NCBI RefSeq assembly: GCF_051201565.1 | Contig: NZ_CP179200.1 | Location: 960,001-992,000 of the forward strand | Source: Pseudothioglobus sp. nBUS_23 | GTDB lineage: Bacteria; Pseudomonadota; Gammaproteobacteria; PS1; Pseudothioglobaceae | DNA length: 32,000 bases | Reading direction: 5' to 3' | Part shown: piece after piece, positions 10,715-18,557 of the stretch | Position numbering within the stretch: the stretch's first letter is position 1 | Layout of the letters: every line of letters begins with the position of its first letter | Position numbers and translations under genes: made by a program | The notes under the pieces: model-generated | What the model was told of the DNA's origin: nothing | Seen by the model: the letters and a program-made list of their open reading frames with translations, nothing else | Database searches by the model: none

Positions 10715-10787
10715 TTGAAAAAATGTTTAATTCAAGCCACTTAATTGATTAAAATTAGACCATTAAAATAACTGTCCTATTTTGATA

Positions 10788-10985
10788 ATGATTTGTTGGA
10801 CCGACTCTTTAGAAATAGCAATCAATCTATCTGACAAGTACCCTGACATAGACCCAAAGACTATCAACTTTGTTGACTTAAGAAACATGGTGATGCAACT
10901 TGATGAATTCGAAGAAGGTGATAGTAAATGTGGAGAAAGGGTTCTTGAGGCAATTCAAATGAACTGGATTGAAGAGGTAGAATGA
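10788..10985 (+). CDS. iscX: Fe-S cluster assembly protein IscX (YfhJ-like)
   Basis: The 65-aa product M-ICWTDSLEIAINLSDKYPDIDPKTINFVDL..EAIQMNWIEEVE parallels E. coli IscX (..[41 protein letters not shown], from memory). ATG 10788 is preferred over TTG 10782. Its stop overlaps the tolB ATG. Confidence 0.8.
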   Translation: MICWTDSLEIAINLSDKYPDIDPKTINFVDLRNMVMQLDEFEEGDSKCGERVLEAIQMNWIEEVE

Positions 10986-12259
10986 AATTAATTAAATTAT
11001 CGATACTTCTCTCTGTTTTTATTGCCTATTCAGCTCATGCGCTTCTCGAGGTTAATATTATTAAAACACGTGAGGCTGCATTTCCAATTGTCATAGCCCC
11101 CTTTGAAGTAGTAGGAGGTTCAAATGATGTAGATATAGCAAAGATTATCAGAAATAACCTAAATCGCTCTGGTCAATTCAATGCTTTAAGTACTGAAGCC
11201 CTTATAACGAATCAAATTGACTTTAATTTTTGGCAAGAGCATAAAAAAGATGCTGTTGTTTTTGGAAAAATTGAGCAGGTTAGCTCTAACGTCTACAATG
11301 TTTACATCTATATCTACGATGTGTTTTCAGAAAAAAGCCTCTATCAAAAGAAAATCAGAGTTCATAACAGTGGATTTAGAAGAATAGCACATTTCTTAAG
11401 TGATAAGATTTACTATGTACTTCTTGGGCAAAAAGGGTCGTTTGACACCAGACTCTCTTATGTAACAGTATCAGATAATAGTTCTGGTGGAAGAACATAT
11501 AAACTTCAAATTTCTGACTCTGATGGATTCAACCCTCAAACAGTTGTTAGATCTTCAAACCCAATTCTATCTCCTGCATGGTCAAAAGACCAACAAAAAT
11601 TAGCTTATGTGTCATTTAAGAATAATAGATCAGAGGTTTTTGTAATGACGCCATTTATGAAAACTGTTCCAATCAAATTACCAAAATTTGATGGAATTGC
11701 CTCTTCTCCAACATGGCATCCTAGTGGAGAAAGTATTGCTTTAACAATCTCTAAGCAAGGCAATAAAGATATTTATCTTTATGACTTTCAATCAAAAAAA
11801 TTAGAAAGATTAACTAAGAATATTTCAATCGACACAGAAGCCAGTTTTTCTCCTGATGGAAATAAAATAGCATTCACATCAAACAGAACGGGCCAGGTTC
11901 AGGTTTATATTAAAGACTTAAAGTCAGGTAAAATTTCTAGAGCCACTTTTGAAGGGAGGTATAACGCAAAACCAGTTTTCTCTCCAGATGGAAAAGATCT
12001 AGCATTAATCCATCGCGTTGGAAAAGACTATCGACTTGCTCTTTTAGATATTGCATCAAGAGATCTAACTGTAATGACTCAAAATAAATCTGATGAGTCA
12101 CCCTATTTTTCTCCAAATGGTGGTATGATTATTTACTCAACTAACAGAGATAACAAAGGAATTTTGTCTATAATTTCACTGCATAACAATCAAGTTGTAG
12201 AATTGATGCAAAAAGAAGGTGAAGTTAGAGAGCCAAGCTGGTCAAACTATTCAAATTAA
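10982..12259 (+). CDS. tolB: Tol-Pal system beta-propeller protein TolB
   Basis: 425 aa with signal peptide MKLIKLSILLSVFIAYSAHA and repeated SP.WSPDG/FSPDG propeller motifs. Followed by pal and cpoB. Confidence 0.9.
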   Translation: MKLIKLSILLSVFIAYSAHALLEVNIIKTREAAFPIVIAPFEVVGGSNDVDIAKIIRNNLNRSGQFNALSTEALITNQIDFNFWQEHKKDAVVFGKIEQVSSNVYNVYIYIYDVFSEKSLYQKKIRVHNSGFRRIAHFLSDKIYYVLLGQKGSFDTRLSYVTVSDNSSGGRTYKLQISDSDGFNPQTVVRSSNPILSPAWSKDQQKLAYVSFKNNRSEVFVMTPFMKTVPIKLPKFDGIASSPTWHPSGESIALTISKQGNKDIYLYDFQSKKLERLTKNISIDTEASFSPDGNKIAFTSNRTGQVQVYIKDLKSGKISRATFEGRYNAKPVFSPDGKDLALIHRVGKDYRLALLDIASRDLTVMTQNKSDESPYFSPNGGMIIYSTNRDNKGILSIISLHNNQVVELMQKEGEVREPSWSNYSN

Positions 12260-12270
12260 GGAAATCAAAA

Positions 12271-13119
12271 ATGTCAAAAAAAATTCTATTATTGTCGAGT
12301 GTAATTTTTCTCAGTTCTTGTGCAACAACAAACATTTCTGAACTTGGAGATAAATTTCTAGACTTAATCAATCCTTCAGATGCTGCAACAGAAGAAGCGG
12401 TCCTTGGTGGAGAGGAAACCTTGGTTGCAATGGATCAAACTGGAGGCTTTACCATCGATGAGCTAGAGGCGCTATCTAATGATGAACTCATAGCAATTGC
12501 TCAGGAAAAAGGGCTTGAAGACCTCATCTTACTTGATGAAGACGGAAATCTTCTAAATAGGGATCAAATTATCAATGCTATAGTAGAAAGTGCGGCTCTT
12601 CTTGAGAGTAAATCCGACGAACTTGAATCAATGTCTGATGATGAACTAATTGAAGTTGCGGTTGCTAAAGGACTTAGTGAAGAGATAGTTCTTGATGCTG
12701 ATGGTAACCTAGCTAACAGAGATGAGCTTATAGAAGCCTTGGTTGAAAACGCCGCTGCAACAGAAGCTGCAATTAGTGAGTTTGGTAATAATGCCGATTC
12801 ATTTACACTCTATTTTGCTTATGATGACACTGAAATTGATGAAGTTGCAACAAGAATTATTATCCAACATGCGAACTTCATGCAAAGCAATCCATCAGTC
12901 AACCTTCGCTTAGAAGGGCATGCTGATGAAAGAGGAACTAGGGAATATAATTTAGCTCTTGGTGAAAATCGTGCTCTAAGTGTTAAAGAAGTACTGGGTC
13001 TATACAACCTTGACGACAGAATCATCGTAGTGAGCTATGGAGAAGAACAACCTATTCTCACTGGAAGTAATGAAGAAGCCTGGGAAAAAAATAGAAGAGT
13101 AGAATTCGTCTATTACTAG
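12271..13119 (+). CDS. pal: peptidoglycan-associated lipoprotein Pal, enlarged by an acidic repeat insert
   Basis: Lipobox FLSSC and a C-terminal OmpA-like domain (LRLEGHADERGTREYNLALGENRA, NRRVEF). At 282 aa it is about 110 aa longer than the typical Pal I recall. Confidence 0.9.
   Translation: MSKKILLLSSVIFLSSCATTNISELGDKFLDLINPSDAATEEAVLGGEETLVAMDQTGGFTIDELEALSNDELIAIAQEKGLEDLILLDEDGNLLNRDQIINAIVESAALLESKSDELESMSDDELIEVAVAKGLSEEIVLDADGNLANRDELIEALVENAAATEAAISEFGNNADSFTLYFAYDDTEIDEVATRIIIQHANFMQSNPSVNLRLEGHADERGTREYNLALGENRALSVKEVLGLYNLDDRIIVVSYGEEQPILTGSNEEAWEKNRRVEFVYY
12457..12768 (+). repeat. tandem, protein-level duplication (period about 53 aa) inside pal
   Basis: Residues 63-112, DELEALSNDELIAIAQEKGLEDLILLDEDGNLLNRDQIINAIVESAALLE, align with residues 116-166, DELESMSDDELIEVAVAKGLSEEIVLDADGNLANRDELIEALVENAAATE. 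The copies are diverged at nucleotide level. Confidence 0.85.
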
Positions 13120-13165
13120 ACAATAGGCTTTAGGCTGCTTTATAACTTATTTTTTGTGTCGCCTA

Positions 13166-13816
13166 ATGATAAAGATATTTTCTAGATATACTTTTTTATT
13201 ACCACTTTTATTTAGCTTTAATGTAATTGCCAATGAAGGGTTAAATCTTGATTTGGCAATTCTTAAGATTAATCAAGAAGTTAAATCGCTTAATAATGAA
13301 ATTCTTTCGTTAAAAGACGATATTGAGCTATTAAGAGAAAATCAAAGATTAAACTCAGAAAAAATTACTGAACTACTTCAAATGATTGAAATAAATCAAT
13401 CTGGAAATACAAAATCAGTTCAATCAAATTCAACAGAGCAAGGCACCAAATCTTCTAAATTCTTTAGTGATGGTAAAAATGCCTTTGTCCTTGGAAATTA
13501 TGAAAAATCGATTGAACTTTTTTTAGATCACCTTAAAACCTCCCCAAGCTCTTTGAGCGAAACAGACACAATGCTCTGGCTTGGAAGGGCATATTTTTAT
13601 AGTGAATCTTTTTTAGATTCTAAAGCCTCTTATCTAGAATATCAATCAATGGGTCAAGATCACCCCAAGTTTGCTGACTCTCTCTACGAGTTGTCTAAAG
13701 TTCTCATGAAGCTAGATGAGAGTGATCAGGCAAAACTATTATTAAATGAAATGATTACTGAATATCCAGACCATCCTCTATCAAGTAAAGCTTCTGCATT
13801 GCTTCAAAACCTTTAA
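13166..13816 (+). CDS. cpoB: Tol-Pal system protein CpoB/YbgF (coiled coil + TPR)
   Basis: Immediately follows pal. Has a signal-like N-terminus, a coiled-coil segment (LKINQEVKSLNNEILSLKDDIELLREN) and a TPR-like C-terminal half. ATG 13166 is preferred over TTG 13154. Confidence 0.7.
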   Translation: MIKIFSRYTFLLPLLFSFNVIANEGLNLDLAILKINQEVKSLNNEILSLKDDIELLRENQRLNSEKITELLQMIEINQSGNTKSVQSNSTEQGTKSSKFFSDGKNAFVLGNYEKSIELFLDHLKTSPSSLSETDTMLWLGRAYFYSESFLDSKASYLEYQSMGQDHPKFADSLYELSKVLMKLDESDQAKLLLNEMITEYPDHPLSSKASALLQNL

Positions 13817-13819
13817 AAA

Positions 13820-15112
13820 GTGATAGTTCATGAGATACAAAAAGTTGACTTGGCTTCTTTTTGTTATAAGAATAAAGACAGATACCCATTTTTGTTAGAA
13901 AGCGTTAATCATAACGATAATAACAGATACTCTTTATTGTTTGCCTTTCCAGGAGAAAAAGTAGTTTTAAATAATCTTTCGGACTTTGATTTCCTAAGTA
14001 AGCTCAATAATCTTTCTATTCAAAACAATATCAACCCAGAGCTTCCTTTTACTGGTGGTTGGTTTATTTATCTTTCTTATGAATTGATTGGTCAAATTGA
14101 ACCAATATTGGCACCTATAAATCATAATTCTAATCTGCCAATTGCCTATGCTGTTAGAGTGCCCACAGTAATTTATACTGACCATAAACTTGGAAAGACT
14201 TTCCTATATGACGAGGAAGATGACCAATCTCGTATCAATCAAATATTAAATGACATTAATACACTGGAAAGCGCACCAAGTCAGCCTATTAAGGGCAAGA
14301 TTCAAGAAGAAAAAGAAGAGAAGTTTATCGAAGGAGTTAAAAGTAGCCTGGACTATATTTTTGCTGGAGATGTATTTCAGGTGAATTTATCAAGAAAATG
14401 GAGTTATTACCTTGACTCAAACCTTGATTCTTCCATTATTTATAGCAAACTTAAAAAAGCTAATCCAGCACCATTTTCAGCGCTTATCCAATTCGATGAT
14501 TTCAGCATTATCTCATCATCTCCAGAGAGGCTTTTTAGTCTAAATGATCGCGTCCTAGAAACTAGGCCAATTGCAGGAACACATCCACGAGGAATAGGGG
14601 ATTCTGACAAAACTCAAAAGGAAAATTTAATTAGCCATCCTAAAGAAATTGCAGAGCACGTCATGCTTCTAGACCTTGAAAGAAACGACATGGGAAGGGT
14701 ATGCGAATATGGTAGTGTATATGTTAATGAAATCATGACATTAGAGACTTACCCTTATGTGCACCATATTGTATCAAATATAAAGGGTAACCTTCGAGAT
14801 GGCATTGGTATTAAAGGAATTGTTAAGGCTTTATTCCCAGGCGGAACAATAACAGGATGCCCCAAAGTCAGGTGTATGGAAATAATCAGTGAGCTTGAGC
14901 AAATGCCAAGAGAGGCATACACAGGCTCAGTAGGCTATATAAGCAACAATGGAAAAATGGACTTCAACATCCTCATTAGAAGCTTTATTCAGCAAGACAA
15001 AACCCTTTCATTTAGGGCAGGAGCGGGTATTGTCTATGACTCTGATCCAGAAAATGAGCTGGCAGAGACAAGGCATAAAGCCCAAGGACTCATAAAAGTT
15101 TTTCAAGAATAG
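13820..15112 (+). CDS. pabB: chorismate-utilising enzyme, aminodeoxychorismate synthase component I-like
   Basis: 430 aa with LLES..........RYS, SSSPERLF, TRPIAGT, LLDLERND and GGTITGCPK motifs of the TrpE/PabB family. Its size fits PabB better than TrpE. GTG start. No amidotransferase or pabC partner is adjacent. Confidence 0.65.
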   Translation: MIVHEIQKVDLASFCYKNKDRYPFLLESVNHNDNNRYSLLFAFPGEKVVLNNLSDFDFLSKLNNLSIQNNINPELPFTGGWFIYLSYELIGQIEPILAPINHNSNLPIAYAVRVPTVIYTDHKLGKTFLYDEEDDQSRINQILNDINTLESAPSQPIKGKIQEEKEEKFIEGVKSSLDYIFAGDVFQVNLSRKWSYYLDSNLDSSIIYSKLKKANPAPFSALIQFDDFSIISSSPERLFSLNDRVLETRPIAGTHPRGIGDSDKTQKENLISHPKEIAEHVMLLDLERNDMGRVCEYGSVYVNEIMTLETYPYVHHIVSNIKGNLRDGIGIKGIVKALFPGGTITGCPKVRCMEIISELEQMPREAYTGSVGYISNNGKMDFNILIRSFIQQDKTLSFRAGAGIVYDSDPENELAETRHKAQGLIKVFQE

Positions 15113-15117
15113 GCTAT

Positions 15118-17001
15118 TTAAGGCTTGAACTTTGAGGTCATAGGATATCGTCTTTCTCTCCCAAAGGCATTACTACTAACCTTAGGGCCAGGAGCTGACT
15201 GGCGCCTTTTATATTCATTCTTAAGGATCAAAGAGGTTATTTTATTAACGTCCTCTGAAGTATGCCCCTGTGAAATAATTGAATCAACAGACTGTTTTTC
15301 CTCAACAAATCTTTTTAAAATATCATCCAGTATGTCATAAGGAGGAAGAGAGTCTTGATCAACCTGATCAGGAGCAAGTTCAGCGGAAGGTGGCCTGGTA
15401 ATAACTCGTGATGGGATTACCTCTGACAAAGTATTGCGATACCTAGAAAGTTTATAAACCATAGTCTTAGAAATATCTTTGAGAGGAGCAAAGCCGCCAC
15501 ACATGTCTCCATAAAGTGTGGCATATCCCACAGCCATTTCAGACTTATTTCCAGTTGCAAGAACAATTTTATGATGTTTATTGGAAAGAGCCATGAGTAA
15601 AGTCCCTCTGACCCTTGACTGAATATTCTCTTCAGTCGTATCAATAGAATTATTTTCAAATACATCAGACAGAGAAGCATTAAAAGAATCAACCATCTTA
15701 TGGATATCGATACTTGAAAAATGGACACCTTGAGTTCTCGCTTGCATCTCAGCATCAGTCAAGCTAATTTCAGATGTATATTGATATGGCATCATTACGG
15801 CATGCACATTCTCTGCACCAATTGCGTCAACAGCTATGGCAAGAGTTAAGGCTGAATCGATACCACCAGATAGCCCTATTAAGGCGCCACTAAAAGAATT
15901 TTTATTAATATAGTCCCTTGTGGCTAATACTAAAGCTGAATAGATAGAGGACTCATCAGTTGTAACGACTGGCTTTAGGCTAGAATCACTATAAGACATG
16001 GAAATCTCTTCAAAAGCAGGCATTTCAAAAATCAATTCACCTTGTTTATCTACAGCAAATGAGTTTCCATCAAAGACTACCTCGTCTTGACCACCAACCA
16101 TATTAATGTAAATAAATGAAATACCAAATTTAAGAGCATATTTTTGGCAAATAGACATTCTTGCAGATTGCTTATTAAGCTGAAAGGGCGATGCATTAAG
16201 AGAAATGACCATATCAACATTTCCCTGACAAACTTGATTGATAGGGCCTTCAACCCATTGGTCCTCACAAATTAGCACCCCAACCCTAGTATTTTGACAT
16301 TCAAAAGAAAAAGATTCTTTACCAGAAGTGAAATATCTCTTTTCATCAAATACGCCATAGTTTGGAAGTTCTTGCTTGTTATAAATGTTTTGAATTTTAT
16401 TATCATAAATTAAATAAGCACTGTTATATAAATTTTTATCAAGTTGGCTAGGCGCACCAAAAAGAACAAAAATATTAGAGGGAATCAATTCACATAAAAT
16501 ATTGATTTCATTTTTGACTTGATCAATAAACCCATTTCTCAACAAAAGATCCTCTGGAGGGTAGCCAGTTAATGCAAGCTCTGGAAAAACAACAAGATGC
16601 GCACCATTTTCACTAGCCTCGATAGACAATGCAATAATTTTTTTCGCATTAGATTTTATATCTCCAACAATAGGGTTAATTTGGGCGATTTGTATTTTAA
16701 TTGGCAAGGATTCGGAAAATATTTTATCTAGCTGTTCTTGCCAAAATTTCGCCTTCGAATTATTTCCCGAAGAAATTGCATGCTCTAATTTGGTATTGGC
16801 AACGATTTCAGCAGGGTCAATGTCAAGTATATTCGCAAAGAGCCAGGCATGAGTTTCACTCAATGCAGCCTTACCAGAGCTATATTTACTGAGATTTGAC
16901 TGATTGATCTCATACTCTTTAGAGATCTTATAATCAGAAAAACCAGTTTTATTTCGCACCATAGCTAGGTATTCAGTTGTTTTTATATACATAGACTTCA
17001 T
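15118..17001 (-). CDS. nadE: glutamine-dependent NAD+ synthetase with an extra N-terminal HTH module of about 100 aa
   Basis: Residues 101-627 have a CN-hydrolase domain (IKIQIAQINPIVGD, VVFPELALTGYPPEDLL, VLICEDQW) and a PP-loop synthetase domain (GLSGGIDSALT). Residues 1-100 read as an XRE/Cro-like HTH (YKISKEYEINQSNLSKYSSGKAALS..LFANILDIDPAEIV). The reading frame is uninterrupted. Confidence 0.85.
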   Translation of the reverse strand: MKSMYIKTTEYLAMVRNKTGFSDYKISKEYEINQSNLSKYSSGKAALSETHAWLFANILDIDPAEIVANTKLEHAISSGNNSKAKFWQEQLDKIFSESLPIKIQIAQINPIVGDIKSNAKKIIALSIEASENGAHLVVFPELALTGYPPEDLLLRNGFIDQVKNEINILCELIPSNIFVLFGAPSQLDKNLYNSAYLIYDNKIQNIYNKQELPNYGVFDEKRYFTSGKESFSFECQNTRVGVLICEDQWVEGPINQVCQGNVDMVISLNASPFQLNKQSARMSICQKYALKFGISFIYINMVGGQDEVVFDGNSFAVDKQGELIFEMPAFEEISMSYSDSSLKPVVTTDESSIYSALVLATRDYINKNSFSGALIGLSGGIDSALTLAIAVDAIGAENVHAVMMPYQYTSEISLTDAEMQARTQGVHFSSIDIHKMVDSFNASLSDVFENNSIDTTEENIQSRVRGTLLMALSNKHHKIVLATGNKSEMAVGYATLYGDMCGGFAPLKDISKTMVYKLSRYRNTLSEVIPSRVITRPPSAELAPDQVDQDSLPPYDILDDILKRFVEEKQSVDSIISQGHTSEDVNKITSLILKNEYKRRQSAPGPKVSSNAFGRERRYPMTSKFKP

Positions 17002-17222
17002 TAATTAAACTCAATATTAGTTATTTTATACCACTACAGGTAAAAAATAACTAAATATTACGATTTTAAAAGAAATAAATACATGTAATAAATAACTATA
17101 AGCTATTTAACTTATTGATTTAAAACAATAAAAACAATTATTAGAATTTTTAAACTATTGTATTTTGATCTTGTTATTCGTAACTTTAATTCCTAACATT
17201 AATCTATATTTAAAAAACAGTA

Positions 17223-17241
17223 AGTTGAATTTAATTCAACT
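17223..17241. repeat. perfect 19-bp palindrome AGTTGAATT-T-AATTCAACT in the nadE/aapJ divergent intergenic region (possible operator; function unknown)
   Basis: Read directly: the 9-bp arms are exact reverse complements around a central T. A GTTGAATT half-site recurs at 17300-17307. Confidence 0.9.
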
Positions 17242-17427
17242 AAGGTTAGAGTAAATACCCGAAATATATTGTATTGTTAGGATAAGTTATTCTGAGAAGG
17301 TTGAATTGATTTAAATTATTTTTTATAAATTAATTAGTATTCTTTATTGAACTAGTGATAAAATTTCTGTAATCCTCATTCAATTGTGAAGGATTGTTAT
17401 ACTTTGAAACTCATTAAGGAGATATAT

Positions 17428-18435
17428 ATGAAACAATTATTAAAATTGTCTGCTGCTTCATTGTTAGTTGTTGGCGCTCTTAGTGTCCAGGCTTCTACTT
17501 TAGGCGACGTTCAAGCAAAAGGCTACGTTTCTTGTGGCGTATCTAAAGGTCTTGCAGGATTTTCATCTGCTGATTCTTCTGGTACTTGGACTGGTGTAGA
17601 CGTTGACGTATGTCGTGCTGTTGCAGCTGCAACGCTTGGCGACGCACAAAAGGTTAAATTTGTACCTTTAACAGCTAAAGAAAGATTTACTGCGCTTCAA
17701 TCTGGTGAGATCGATATGTTGTCAAGAAATACTACTTGGACAATTACTCGTGATGCCTCTTTAGGATTGAACTTCGCTGGTGTTAACTACTACGATGGTC
17801 AAGGATTTATGGTTAAGTCTTCACTTGGTGTATCAAGTGCTATGGAATTAAGTGGTGCTGCTGTATGTATTCAAGCAGGTACAACTACTGAATTAAACCT
17901 AGCGGATTGGGGTAAAGCAAATGGTATCGAATACAACTCAGTTGTTTCTGACACAAATGCTCAAACTCTAACTAACTATGACGCTGGACGTTGTGATGTA
18001 TTAACAACTGATGCTTCTGGTCTATATTCAATGCGTGCTGCTGCATCAGATCCTTCTGAGCACGTAGTACTTCCAGAAATTATTTCTAAAGAGCCTTTAG
18101 GTCCTGTTGTTCGTCAAGGTGACGACCAATGGTTCAACATCGTAAGATGGTCTCTTAATGCTATGATTACTGCTGAAGAGCTTGGTGTGACTAGTGCGAC
18201 TGTTGACGAAGTTACTAACAACCCTGAGCGTGAGCGCTTAATGGGTCGTTCTGGCAGTACTCATGAGTATGTTGGTCTGACTCCAGATTGGACTTACCAA
18301 ATCGTTAAGCAAGTAGGTAACTATTCTGAAAGCTTTGAGCGTAATATTGGTATCAATACTCCAATTGGTATTGCTCGTGGTGTTAATGCACTATGGACTG
18401 ACGGTGGTATCTTATACTCACCTCCATTTAGATAA
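17428..18435 (+). CDS. aapJ: general L-amino acid ABC transporter, periplasmic substrate-binding protein
   Basis: The start at ATG 17428 is preceded by AAGGAG and gives signal peptide MKQLLKLSAASLLVVGALSVQAS. About 335 aa, family-3 SBP. Followed by two large permeases and an ATPase, as in AapJQMP. Confidence 0.8.
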   Translation: MKQLLKLSAASLLVVGALSVQASTLGDVQAKGYVSCGVSKGLAGFSSADSSGTWTGVDVDVCRAVAAATLGDAQKVKFVPLTAKERFTALQSGEIDMLSRNTTWTITRDASLGLNFAGVNYYDGQGFMVKSSLGVSSAMELSGAAVCIQAGTTTELNLADWGKANGIEYNSVVSDTNAQTLTNYDAGRCDVLTTDASGLYSMRAAASDPSEHVVLPEIISKEPLGPVVRQGDDQWFNIVRWSLNAMITAEELGVTSATVDEVTNNPERERLMGRSGSTHEYVGLTPDWTYQIVKQVGNYSESFERNIGINTPIGIARGVNALWTDGGILYSPPFR

Positions 18436-18457
18436 GCAATTATCTTGTTAGATCATA

Positions 18458-18491
18458 AACCAGCCTGCCTTAAAGCAGGCTGGTTTTTTTT
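18458..18491 (+). terminator. rho-independent terminator/attenuator after aapJ
   Basis: An 11-bp perfect stem AACCAGCCTGC / GCAGGCTGGTT with the 6-nt loop CTTAAA, running into a T8 tract. Confidence 0.85.
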
Positions 18492-18557
18492 ATACTTTTT
18501 TTTATTCTCAAAAGCTCATTTTTAGTAAAATAAGTTGATTAGTATTTTTATATCTTT

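Noticed and set aside
15417-15755. Nested ORFs within nadE (15417-15755, 16077-16268 minus; 15125-15340, 16701-16892 plus)
   Set aside because: They are alternative-frame or antisense ORFs inside a gene whose own frame shows clear CN-hydrolase and PP-loop motifs. None has motifs of its own.
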